From Lingula anatina (taxonomy: Eukaryota > Animalia > Brachiopoda): DNA of 64,000 nt. Within the stretch, counting starts at the first letter, position 1. Every line of letters begins with the position of its first letter. The stretch spans positions 58,878,788 through 58,942,787 of the forward strand of contig CM120640.1 of the NCBI GenBank assembly GCA_051362555.1, in the 5' to 3' direction. The position numbers and the translations under genes are program-made. This document shows positions 1 to 14,303 of the stretch, one piece after another. The notes below the pieces were generated by a model, which saw nothing but the letters and a program-made list of their open reading frames with translations, ran no database searches and was not told the origin of the DNA.

Positions 1-523
1 CATATTTACCTTCATTACATTCTTTCATAATAAAGATATAAAATCAGTGGTAAGTCTCTTCTACCTACTGACTCATCATGTTTATCAAGTAGCTCTGGGT
101 TTTGATAAATGTCCAGTCCAAGGCAAATCAAAGGCTTCAATACATTTCACATAATGATGTCGTCAAAAATATACACTCAAATCAGCTGTCAGATTGATGT
201 AAAGTCATGAGATAATCTCTCAAAGAGCTGGTAGAAGAAAATCCAATGCAGTCTCTATCTGCTTCAGTCATTAGTTAGCATCATCAATCATCCACAGGTC
301 ATCGCAACATACAGGTATTATGCACTCTATCCAAAAAAATACATATCGACCAAAGAATCAAGATCCTGAAAATTATACCCTTTTCTGGCCAAAAATGGTC
401 AACAGACACCAACATTGGTCCTTTGAATTTTGAACTACACTTGCAAGTTGTGTTTATTTTCCTGTTTGCCTCTTCTGTTAGTTTTGTGCTTTGGAACACT
501 GAACTGTTGCAAACAATGATGTT

Positions 524-2279
524 CTATAACTGCAACAGATTTTCCTGTCCTGAACTCTGCCAGAACTGATCAAAAGAAGAGTTTTTTCCATAGGGTTCTA
601 AGAAATTGTCCCATTCTTCTGGTCGCATGTCTGTAGGGAGGAAGGCCTTGGGATCTTTACTCCTTGACTCCGCAAGCCTGGAAGAATTGGTTAAGTTGTA
701 TAAGAAATATAAAAAAAATATTGTCATTAATATCAATTAATATATGCTATAAAAAGTTGAATGTTTCCCTTATGTTACACATACTAAGCAAAAATCTGCA
801 TCACATCCATAACTATACCATATTGTACCCTGTGTATATACTAACCAAAAATACCACACACAAGAGTTCATGTAACTAATGATCTCTACAGCTTCATATG
901 TCATGTACCTCCCCCTACCTGCCCACAAACAAAAATAAAATTCTGAGCCCTGCAAATTACAACACCATGGTAAAACCCACTGAGGGTTATACAGGTTGGT
1001 GCTTGATCTTCACATTCCGTGGTATGTAGTGACCACTTTTTGGTTTCCCCAGATAGTGTATTATAGATGATACTTACTTTGAAAAGCAGTCATCCAGATC
1101 ATCATCATCAAATTGCACCCAGGTGTCTGACCGGTCAGAAGAGATTGTGTGTAAGCTGTGTCCATCTGATGACATAGATGCTAAAATGGAAAAAAATGAA
1201 AAGATTAATACAATGTAGCAATAAACTTACATACAAAAAGCACATATTATCAGTTCAATAACACAAAAATATAAGATAACAATTCTCTATAAAATGCTAC
1301 ATGAAACATACAACACAAAATATCTGTATCAGTTTGACATATAAGGTGATATAAATCCTGACTGGTATACACATTGTCAATATATACCTATTCAGTAGAG
1401 TCCCCCCCCCCTTTCAAATATTTCATAACAATACCTACCCATGCTATCTGGAGAACCTGCAGAGCTTCTACTTAAACATGGAGAGGCCATTTTGTGCTGG
1501 AATTAGGAAAAAGACATACAGATAATTAACACCCTTTATCTAGTTAACTAACATTACTCAAATTTGCAAAAGCATAGCAAATGAAGTTGAACAGCTCTAC
1601 AAGAATGGCAAAAGCAAAATACTGCAAGTTTGCCTTGCAAATAGTACAGCCACTCATATTTTACACATCAAAACCAATGATACTTACATTATTGTGATTA
1701 TTCTGAATTGGTATGTCTTGTCCTTCCTGTAAGTTTTGACTCTCCTTCTTTTCCCTTGAATTTTCCCAGTCCTCATAAGCAACATTAAAGGCTTTAGCTA
1801 CTGTCAGTGTCACAGCTTCTGCCTGTAAACAAAATAATGAGTTTCAGTAAATAGCAGAATGCATTGTTATATGTTGTGATGGGTGAGGAGATAAAACATT
1901 ACAAATTCAATTTGAGGCAATACAACTGAAAATGTACACATTTTCAGTAGACTAGTTCTAAGTTATCCCAAAAGTACATTTAAACAAAACATTTGTGTAA
2001 TTCCTTTTTCCTTCAAATTTGAACTTCTCTGAAAAGCTAAAAAATTCCAAAATGACTTCTCATCTGGCAAATATAGAATACCAACACTCATGGCCAATGC
2101 ACACTGTTTCATCATTAATGTGAAACAGATAATTCAGCACACCTGCAACATCTCCCTAATCATTATCACCTGTGCGTGTACATGCAGCTTAATATCTCAG
2201 ACACATGGCTAATTTTGTGATGCCTAATATGATGCTAGGTGCAAGTCTTTTGACTGAAATGCCCATGATTCTGATTTGA

Positions 2280-2315
<36 letters not shown>

Positions 2316-5300
2316 TTTTTAAAACAATAAGTCAACTTCTATTTCACTGCATACATACCACTTTTCTCTTGGAGCAGAGATATGCTTGGCATTCCATGGT
2401 TTCATTGGTTGTATTCCTTGCAATGAACGCAAAAACTTTATCATGTTCTTTATCTGCTGTGCAAAACTGTATCCTGAAATGATATTCAGCCATATGTTAA
2501 ACTTTGAAAAATGCATACAGGATGCTTAAAGATATATGTATTATTACATTAGTGCTTATGTCAAATTATTGCCACTTAACCAAACCAAAAAACTAGTTAT
2601 AGCCACTCAAAGATATATATATATATATCTTATTATGCGAGTACTTATGTCAAATTATTGCCACTGAACCCGAACCAAAAGCCAGTTAAAGCCACCACAG
2701 CGTTTCAAATAGTCTAGTTTCAGAGAATACCACAGAGGTTCATTATTATTTCTTGAAAAATGATATTTGCACTTGTTTTCTGTGTTCTAAATACTGGAGG
2801 GGGGATGCATAGATTAAATTTATGACCAGAGCTTTGAAGAAACTGCAGTGTTTGAGCTGTTTGTTGTTGTTTTTTTTTTTTTTGCTGCCCATAAGATTTA
2901 TTTATTTATTTTTTTGCATGGGAATTTTATTTTTGCTGTGTAACAAACTGGAAGACGTGTTTCATATACATTACAGGGCACTTACTCTTACTTCATATGC
3001 ATCTTTAAGAAATGATAGTAAATTTGTGTGGATACATTCTCCATAATTACTAGACTTTATAGAGGTAAACTCTCTCATCCACTGTAAACAAATGACAAAT
3101 TTCCACAATTTTTATTACAGGCAGGCATTTTTATAATCCGGTTTTATAAAATAGACATTGAGGATATCCATTTCCTTTCTTAACTCCAAAGGGTAACATA
3201 TTTGTGGTACCAAAAAGGCTTCAATTACTGAATTTTCAGAACATGAGTGAATTTGTCATGCAAAGAGGGGTGTGAGTGGGGTCTATCAGACTGGATTTTC
3301 TTGAATTACTTTCCATAGCAAGCAAATGTATTAGAAAAGTAAAGTTTACATAACCTTTTGATATTTATATGAAAGCTGTTTATATGAGTTATAAATCGTT
3401 TTCAAAGTTGCAGACATTACCCACCAGGCATATTTTGGCGCAGTGTAAAAACCACCCGAGGACATATGCACACTATCAAGGTGCACTGTATCAATAACCA
3501 TGAAATATGATATGCAAGTCTTTTTCCAGCTATTGTCATATCATTCATCATGCTTTTTCCAACTCCATTACCATTACCTACCATTACCTAGCTCTTCTGA
3601 TTTCTGACAAAAGTCACACACTACTGCATGTTTGACTGCAGAGCACCCTTGAGTGCACATAACGACTATATAACACACATTAACTAAAAGATAGTATGAA
3701 ACATATGGATATCTTTTTTTCACTAATTATAGTCATAGCAAGGTCTCTACATTTTCACCTTCTTACAAAGATTCCCAACTACTAAGCACCCCAAAGTGCA
3801 CACAGACACAGTCTACTTATATAAAATCACAGGAATGATCACATTAATATATTAAAATGCAATGCACCAAAGATAACTATAAATTTTTATGTTATAATAT
3901 AATACACTACATACATGTTTTTACTTTAACTGCATTAGAAGAAGCCTTAGTATTTTGCAAATAACTGGTTTTTAAGACTTACCTGTATATTGAGATTTCT
4001 GTTAAAACTTCTTTGGTTGCCAGGTCCACCACCCTAATACCACGAGGTGATACAGTCAAAACAACTTTCCGTATCTTTTTGAAGTTGGCTTTTGCCTAGT
4101 AGATGAAAGAAACGGAAAAGATGATTAAGGGCAAAAATACAATTAATTTCATATCAATAAGTAACTTGTGTGTTAATTGTTTATGATTTTCTTTCACTTT
4201 TATCAATGAGATGATTTATAGGTGTTGCCCATGTGACATGTTAGGATATTTATATTGAGGTAAAAAGAAAACCTACACAAAATAATGCTTGGATGTAGTC
4301 TACATATTTAAAAAAAGGATGAATATTTACACTAACTGATAAAATCTTGGAATCAGATTGATCACATTTGTTTAAAGATAGAAGACAGCAGTATCAGTTT
4401 GCTCAATAATAATAGAAAAAAAATTTAAGGAAAACTACACAAAACCAATGATCATATTAAAGTGATGCTGACCCACAACCATACCCCTCTACTTTATCTG
4501 AATACCTGGGTACTTGTTCCCCATCTTTACAATAGGTAGTTTTCACCTGCATATTTTCGCTCTTTACTTACCAGGGGAATTGATGTAAAGAATGTTTGTC
4601 AAAGTAATGTACAAATAGCATCATACAGGCGGGATGGTAAAGTGAACCCTGGATTACTTGCAGCTTCAGCATTAAAACTGGGATCAAAAGGAATCCACAG
4701 TCAACAAGTTTAACCGAGGTTCGCCATAACAAACAACTCCATTTATTGGCAGATGTTTTTGTCTTGCTTAAACCAAAAAGTCTGTATAAATATTTCAGTG
4801 CTGAACAGTGACCTCCTTGCGTAAGTGTTAAATAGGAGAGTTGTGGTTTGTGGTTTTACAGTTCAACAAAAATGTGCACATTTGGTGGACAAAAAAATTC
4901 TATTAACTGAATCTGAATTGCTGTCTTATGTCTTGATCTCTCTGACTTAGCTGACGATAGTGCAGTATTTTCCTTACCATAGATACAATATTTTTAACAG
5001 CCACTGTGCTCTGTCCCTCTCCATAACTGCGTCCTTCTTCCTCAATCTCTTCTACCAACACATTGCCAATGTACTTGAGGTAAAAATGAACACCATCGGT
5101 AAGGGAATCTTTATTTTCACCCCATTGGTCGCCAAGCTCTACAAAGAACAGGTTCAGAAATGAGGAATAATATATACTTTCCCAAGACTAGTAATTGAAA
5201 AAAGAATAATCATTATCATTTTTATTTATGATCAAATAGTCCAGTTCATTAACATGGTTGTGGGTTTATATTTCAAGCACATACTAAGAACAGACACATA

Positions 5301-6723
5301 TCTATGAAGTCATAAAAATGACCATGTTTCTGAAGTGGCTCTTCATTCTGTGTACATGTCACATCAGAAAAAAACTTTTAATGTTATAAAAAAAATACAA
5401 AACATGCAGTAGTACAAGGACACATATAGCTGCAGAGAAAGTGACATGAATATACATGCTCCTCTCTTAAAAAAGTGAAATAAGTTACAGGATGTCAAGA
5501 ACACATATATAAGTATGTCATAGCATATATACTTGTACTTTCAAAATGGTGCAAAAAAAAAATCACTAAGTCGTGCTTAACAGATGTAAATTCAGATCCA
5601 TTTATAACAACTTCACAAATCAATCCCTGATTCTAAATCAATATGCGCGGACACGCGCGCGTGTGTGTGTATGTGTGTGTGTGTGTAACTGGCAATGCAT
5701 CATTCTGTTGGAATCAAAATCTATATATTTTACAGGGCAAAACAAAACATGAAGATAAAGCAAGTTTTTCGGGGAAAAAAATTGAATAGATACAAAAATA
5801 CAGCGATATAAATGAAAAAAGTAGTCAATCAATTAATTAATACAAATTTGCTTTATAATGACCTTTACTTAACCTAAACTTTGGCAATTCAATATTTTTA
5901 TATCATTCAAACTTTTTCAAATTCAAAATTATACATGATGATGATTGAAATGCTTAAAAAATATTTTCAATTTTACAGTAGGACCTCACAACTACAACTA
6001 AGGTGCAGTCGACTCTTAGTAAGGTGCCCTCGCAAAAATTTCTTTCTTTTATCCTCTTCAATGATTGAGTGAAACATTGACAATAGAGAAGGATCAACCA
6101 CATACATCGATGGATCTCAATAAATAATAATCCAGAGGATATTCGGTTTTTGAACAAGGTCCAGAAGCACAATATTAATCATATTGCTCATATTCAACCC
6201 CTCTGTAAAAATGAACTGAGCCAGCTGTTATTGATCAAAGTCCGAGTGGTTCGATTCTCATGCATTAATATTTGCACAGTCTAATAAACCATAAGTGATT
6301 ATTGGGTATATACAATGAACATCTTTTTTTAAAGGTGTGCTGTCTGTCCAAAGGTCGGTTTTTGCACCTGGTGACTGTGTAACCGCAGTCTGATGAAATA
6401 TCCGAAACGATTTTTATTATTTATCCGGCTTTGACTTTCTTAAATTTGATAATATCCACCGGCGACAAAATCTAGACAGAAAGATTGGTTATCGTTTGAC
6501 TGCTTAATACAAAATTTAGAACAAAAACTATTGAGACACGCCCTGAAGACGATATTTCCAGACTCACACAGGCCCATACCATTCATTCCACAGTCCGTAA
6601 CACGATCTACCAGAATAGAAGACACACATGGCTGTCAGTACAAGGACAGTAGGCGTGGGCAACCAATCTCTCAAGTTTTTACTTACTTGAATGTTTAGAC
6701 TTCTTTGACGACTTTCCAAACAT
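524..6723 (-). CDS. LDLRAP1: Low-density lipoprotein receptor adaptor protein 1 (ARH)-like PTB-domain endocytic adaptor, ~291 aa, 8 coding exons
   Basis: Exons (minus): 6687-6723, 4978-5138, 3983-4095, 2359-2473, 1688-1822, 1439-1496, 1078-1180, 524-677. All introns are GT-AG and phases are consistent (876 nt). Translation MFGKSSKKSKHSKLGDQW...GVHFYLKYIGNVLV...AKANFKKIRKVVLTVSPRGI...ISIYRIQFCTADKEHDKVFAFIARN...MECQAYLCSKRKVAEAVTLTVAKAFNVAYEDW...DDDDLDDCFSKLAESR...ENLLQL* matches the recalled human ARH PTB domain and its AP-2 beta-binding DDGLDEAFSRLAQSR motif. Confidence 0.93.
2281..2315 (+). repeat. Compound (GT)n(GA)n microsatellite
   Basis: Direct observation. Confidence 0.95.
2528..2696 (+). 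repeat. Diverged ~85-bp tandem duplication in an LDLRAP1 intron
   Basis: CTTATGTCAAATTATTGCCACT...AACCAAAA...AGTTA.AGCCAC at about 2552-2606 and 2641-2696, each preceded by AAAGATATATAT. Confidence 0.8.
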
Positions 6724-6779
6724 CTTAGGAAGTGCCGTATGTGCCTGTCAACCTCTTTTTTGGTTGTTATATGTCCAAC

Positions 6780-6940
6780 GTTTCTCAACGACGTTGATTC
6801 TACTATATGAAAGGAGCCGGGTCGCGAAAACAAATTTGTAAACTGAGCTGACCCCGTTACTTCACGGCGTATTGTGAGTGTGAATGACTCATGAATATGA
6901 ATTTAGAAGTGGCGCGATCACGTGATAACAAGATAAGCTC
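6780..6940 (-). promoter_or_regulatory. Putative LDLRAP1 proximal promoter
   Basis: CpG-enriched stretch just upstream of the ATG (6723), with the palindromic E-box ATCACGTGAT (6917-6926) and AP-1-like TGACTCA (6885-6891). Confidence 0.5.
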
Positions 6941-7211
6941 TGCATAAATTATTTCAATAATTTAAAAATGTTAAAATTTTGAATTTTGTTTTATATTTGC
7001 TTTCTTTGCTTATATTTACAAAGTGTAATTAAGTTAATATACTTTGTTATTCACTGAATTCCATGTTCATTAAAAATAATGTATCATTATCAAAAATCAG
7101 TCTGTCAATTGCGGTAGTTGAGCTAACGAGCTAACGCGGGAAATAGCTTTATTGTCGCATTGTTTACTGGAAACATAGCAACGGGCAATTGCAAAGAAGT
7201 TGTGTTCAGCT

Positions 7212-7334
7212 CCCCGAGCTTCAAGTTTAACTTGAAACAAACCTCTACACTAAAGCATACCCTTCAAGTTACTTGAAACGGCAAAGTATGCTTTAGTGTA
7301 GAGGTTTGTTTCAAGGTAACTGAAGCTCAGGGTG
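7212..7334. mobile_element. Short fold-back derivative of the same MITE family, 123 bp, 8-bp TSD
   Basis: Same terminal motif (CCCCGAGCTTCA ... TGAAGCTCAGGGTG). Perfect 30-bp inverted repeat 7231-7260 / 7286-7315. Flanking direct repeat GTTCAGCT (7204-7211, 7335-7342). Confidence 0.85.
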
Positions 7335-7707
7335 GTTCAGCTTTGTACCTGTATGTGCAGCTTTAAGAGAGAAAATATTGCAGATAGTGAATAAACCATT
7401 TTAGTAATTTTTCAAACATTTAAAATGTACCCAACACTGATCATGCGATGGTAATTTATTTCGAAAATGGGAGGTTTAGACCTTACGTTAAGCTAATAAC
7501 TTCAAATTATGTTAGGAGATTCTTTTTATCATACATGTACATATATGAAATTATAAAAGCAAATAAATCTAATTCAAGGCAAAATGTAAATACAAAACAT
7601 TTTGAATAAGTGTAATCTAGCACTTTATTCTCATTACCTCATACAGATTCTAAGATACTTCTGTAATTTAACAATAAATGCAAGTTGATCATGATGTCTT
7701 CTGAAAA

Positions 7708-8127
7708 CACCCCGAGCTTCAGAGATAACTTGAAACAAACCTCTACGCTATAAGATGTCTAGGATACTCTTGCCATTTCAAGTTACCTCTGACCAGGTTC
7801 CTTAGGCCTGGTTGCCCGCCACTCAACTTTAAAGCCCGCCCTCAATGACTCACTGAACAATCTAGCCAGTAAACGCAAACGAGTCAAAGTGCTCTTTGTT
7901 CAAATCCAGACCAGTCAAAGGTTACGGAGATATATATTGCTGCACTAATAAACAAACACATGTGTTGCTCTAGTCTCATGGGACATATTGGTTTAATAAA
8001 GCAGGTCAAAACAAATCTAGTCAGAGGTCACTTGAAACAGCAAGGGTTACTATAGTGTTAAAGTTTGTTTCAAGCTAAGATCTGTTTATTAGATCTTAGT
8101 TTCAAGTTATCTCTGAAGCTCAGGGTG
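7708..8127. mobile_element. Non-autonomous DNA transposon (MITE), 420 bp, 29-bp TIR, 8-bp TSD
   Basis: Left end CACCCCGAGCTTCAGAGATAACTTGAAAC (7708-7736) vs reverse complement of the right end CACCCTGAGCTTCAGAGATAACTTGAAAC (8099-8127), one mismatch. Flanked by the direct repeat TCTGAAAA (7700-7707, 8128-8135). Confidence 0.9.
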
Positions 8128-8383
8128 TCTGAAAACAGCATTCAATTTAAAAATAATAATAAATGCTTAGCACTTGAGTGTTCTTGTATATCATATCGCT
8201 GCCATTTTGGACCTTTAAAAGAATTCCATAAAGTTCGAACTGACCAAATAATGAGAAAACCAAGAGTCATGACACATTACACAGAAAGACTCTTGCTAAA
8301 TTTTCTTTTTATTAACATTCCTTATCAGTGAATGTGAATTGGGTATTCAGAACTATTGACAAACTTAAATACTGAATATTATT

Positions 8384-8385
<2 letters not shown>

Positions 8386-8426
<41 letters not shown>
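8386..8426 (+). repeat. Poly(A) tract, ~41 nt
   Basis: Direct observation. It lies downstream of the LANCL3 stop (poly-U on that transcript strand if transcribed). Confidence 0.95.
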
Positions 8427-8428
<2 letters not shown>

Positions 8429-9020
8429 TTTTAAAACATAATGTTTATAAGTAAAATCTATTGCTGCCTTAAAATATAACTATATGGGAAAGCAGTTTTA
8501 ACAGAGTATAGAAGAATCATCACAGACTTGGATTTGGCAAGAATCAGTGAAAATAACCAACTACCACATGTGGCAGCTGGCTGCAATCACTTTTAAAGAA
8601 AGAGGAGTCTTGACAGTCATTTGCTCTCACATTTATAGAGTATAAAAATAAAATTAATATTTTGAACAATAAAAAGTGAAAAGTAGAGTAAGAAATAAAA
8701 ATAGCATACAGCCTTTGCATTAAACAAAAGTATTTGACAGTTTGAATTTATTTAAAAGTAATTAATATTTGTTTGTATTGCTTCTTGAACTTAAGTAGAT
8801 ACATGAACATGAAATATGGAAAAGCAAAGATTTAACAGGAGTTGTATCAACATACCAAGCGCTATATAGTCTGCTACTGAGATACACCTAAACAACTGCA
8901 GGACTAAACATAATTCCCAGAGGTACCAAACATAGTCAATTTCTATGTTGAAACACAGCTTACAAACACAAGATGCTATGTTGAAGTACAGTTGAAACTT
9001 TTAATTACTTCAAAAGCACA

Positions 9021-11353
<2,333 letters not shown>

Positions 11354-11680
11354 TTTTTCTCTGCCTAGACGTACTATGTGCACAAAACTGGACCTATCTT
11401 TAATCTTAAATGAACTTTTCACTGACAGCGCTGGATAAATTTTCTAGGTCACGTCAGGTCAGTGGTTAGGTCAAGGTTGCATTGAAATAAAACGGACCAA
11501 ATTTGTAAATAAAACATTATTGAATGTTTATGAATAATATGTAAGTGCAAAAAGATCTTTCAATAATTAAAAAAATTTTAGTTGTACTTTCAAAATTAAA
11601 TAAAATCAAATTTGACTCCTTTATAGATACAATAACTTAAATCTTGTCTGCAGTTAATCACATTATCCAAGATGGCGTCG
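11354..11680. promoter_or_regulatory. Putative bidirectional promoter between LANCL3 and TMEM35
   Basis: Only 318 bp separate the divergent start codons. The interval contains three AGGTCA half-sites (11446, 11456, 11468), an overlapping CRE-like TCACGTCA, and a YY1-type CAAGATGGCG over the TMEM35 ATG. Confidence 0.7.
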
Positions 11681-14303
11681 TCGGCTTTGACAATGCTGTC
11701 AATGACCATCGGGTTTTTCTTTATTTTAATGGGAACTATGAAGCTTACTCCAGCAGTGAACGAAGAAGTACACAGAGAACTCGTAAGTATATTTTAAGTA
11801 CACGAAAAGCTACCAAAATAACTATAATGCCCCCAAAGTAGCTCACGCAATGACTCCTTATTGTCTTGAGAGATTGCTAGTCGGCGAGGTTAACTTTATC
11901 ATCATATATTGTCTGGTTCACCTGTTATTAATTTAATTCAATGAAGTTAGAACTTGTCAGAATTCTAAATAGGTTTGCGTGATGCATGTTTTCCTCTGGG
12001 ACGCCTGTTATCCTCATTTTGCAATTTCTTTCCATTTTACTAGGATAGGTATATCAGAAAAATTTTCAAACTGATCAGAAAATTATAATACTCATATCTT
12101 CTGAAAGGTAATGCAAAAACCGGATGAAATCACTTGGAATTTTTTAAATATTCCTACAAGCAACAAAGATATTGAAGTTTTTTAACTGCAAAAATGCACC
12201 AAAAGTGTCCACACTTTTCAGCTTAAAACCTGTCACTACTGACCAGCGGTGATCACTCAGCTGTAGCTGCAGCTCAAATTGCTTGTGACCAATTAGGGCA
12301 ATTATGGCTGTATGTTTATCTAATGACCCGGAAACAAACCCAAATTGGCGACCGCACAAGCACATGGCTGGGATGGCTTCCGTGCAGATCAAGCACTATA
12401 AATATTGCGCATCAAATAAACTATACTTCGCTTGGTTTAATTTTCATGATTTTTTTACATAATATTGCAAATTTCATAAACTTTATTCGATATAAATTTT
12501 AAAAAACTGAAACCAGTACTTCCCTGACATTTTTGAGCATTTTGTCGAGGCAAAACTTCAAACACCCTGAACTGAAACTTCTCAAAGACTGCAACACGGG
12601 AAAATCACGTGACCGGATTTTACTCTTTGATTTACAGCTTATTTAGTCAATGGCTTGTATTAGTTTTTTTACGCGGCGCTAAAAGAGAGATTTAAAAAAG
12701 GGGTGCCATAGGCGAGCTGTCAGCAGGCCGACTTCAGTTTTACACTTCACTGCCACTGGACAGTTACGACTGTAGCGCCCCTAGCGGATTGTGATATACC
12801 TAACTAGGACAATAATTTCATGAGTTGAAGGCTCCACACACGATTTTTCTCTAATTAAGCAAGAGACTTGATATACAGAAAACTACTTATCTGAGTATGA
12901 ATAAACCACTAAAATTTTTGAGATATCTCACTTAAATCAGAATTATTTCAAGCTTTAGTGACACCATATCTGTCATTTTTTCAGTAACCACTTATAAAAT
13001 GAGTCAAAAATCGCCCACTTGATGTTCAGCCCTAAATAATGCCATAGAAAATTTAAATCTCTCACTTCATTAGTAAAAGAAATGTGCATTTGAAGTAGGT
13101 CAAGTAAAAAAAAGGTTTGTGCTCCAATTTTGACCTCTTAACTTATGTGTAATGGGGTAATGGGGACAAAAAATAAAAGATAAAAATATATTATTTTCCT
13201 TTTTTGTGGAATGTGAAAGATGAGTGGAAAAGACATTATGAATGGGAAAATAATATGGAATGTTCTCTCAACTAAATCATACCAATGAAGTGAAGTTGTA
13301 TAAATTAAAGTTTTAAATATGTGAAAGCACTAGAACTGATAAAAGTAACACATAAACCTGAACTTGATTCACATGTACATTAACTAAGTAATCAGTCATT
13401 AATTTGAAAACAAAACGTATGAATGCATTCTTTGCATATTTTTCTTCACATTTTCACTTTTTCTACAAGGAAAAAATCAGTATATGTAGCCTGATCTCAG
13501 TTCTTCAACTTAAAAGGTTAGTTGAAGTGTTTCTTTTATTTTCAGAGGAAGATGTTTATCAGAGATGCCAAAGTCTTTCCACTTTCCACCTTGACTGGTT
13601 GGAAACCCAATGCTCACATGTATCGCAAAGTAGTGGGAGGTCTAGAGGTTGTATGTGGAATTATGCTAGCTATATTGCCAGGTAAACCATGCTTCAGAGG
13701 AAATGAAAAAGATATTTTTCAAATTTTCATTTCATTGTAAGCATAGAAGTAGATTTTGAATATAATATCTTGTGTTACAGTGTATTTCACATCGAAATAC
13801 ATCAAGTTTAAAACAAAAATTGTTTGTATAATATGTTTATGATCATCATTTTGTTTTGGTTTTAACATTTCCATTTAGGTCCAGTGAAACAAATCTCTAA
13901 TGTTGTGCTGCTACTGCTTATGCTTGTTTCTGTCTACACCACTTTGGCCAAAGGAGAGAAAATGGATCGTGCCACACCATCTATTGTGTTTGGACTGCTA
14001 TTAGGATGCAGACTATTTATTTACTATCAGGTTGGTTTTTAACATTAAATGTACATTATCTTATTTTAATTTTTCCCAGATGTTAGCAACAGACAAGTTT
14101 TAGAATTGAAATATTGTATAATGTTTACTCTTGAAATGACACTTTGTTTGTGACCTTTAGTTAAAGAATAAGAATTTTTTTACCCACAGGTTAGAAATAG
14201 AGAAGAAAAGGATGCCAAAGAAATTGCCAAACTAAAAGCTGAATTAGAAATGGAAGATGATGAAATTGAAGAGTTGGAAGAGTCAGAAAAGAAAACACAA
14301 TGA
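11672..14303 (+). CDS. TMEM35: TMEM35 family / NACHO (nicotinic acetylcholine receptor chaperone, DoxX-like), ~170 aa, 4 coding exons
   Basis: Exons (plus): 11672-11782, 13546-13681, 13879-14030, 14190-14303 (513 nt). MASSALTMLSMTIGFFFILMGTMKLTP...YRKVVGGLEVVCGIMLAILPGPVKQISNVVLLLLML...IVFGLLLGCRL matches recalled TMEM35A (MGTIKLTP, LEVACGI, PG, LVFGILLTCRL). The protein ends in KKTQ*, a KKxx ER-retrieval signal. Confidence 0.92.
12040..12960. mobile_element. Possible degenerate DNA-transposon remnant in TMEM35 intron 1
   Basis: Locally CpG/GC-enriched core. Imperfect inverted similarity between about 12050-12100 (TATATCAGAAAAATTTT...ATACTCATAT) and about 12890-12930 (ATCTGAGTAT...AAAATTTTTGAGATATC). 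Ends and TSD not resolved. Confidence 0.3.

Noticed and set aside
6562-6630. ATG plus GTGAGT donor as LDLRAP1 first exon (MCVFYSG... or MNGMGL)
   Set aside because: Splicing to exon 2 gives a frameshift or an immediate TAG. The 6687-6723 exon fits both phase and homology (KHSKL).
8386-8426. Poly(A) tract as a retrotransposon or retrocopy tail
   Set aside because: No recognisable SINE/LINE body or flanking TSD found.
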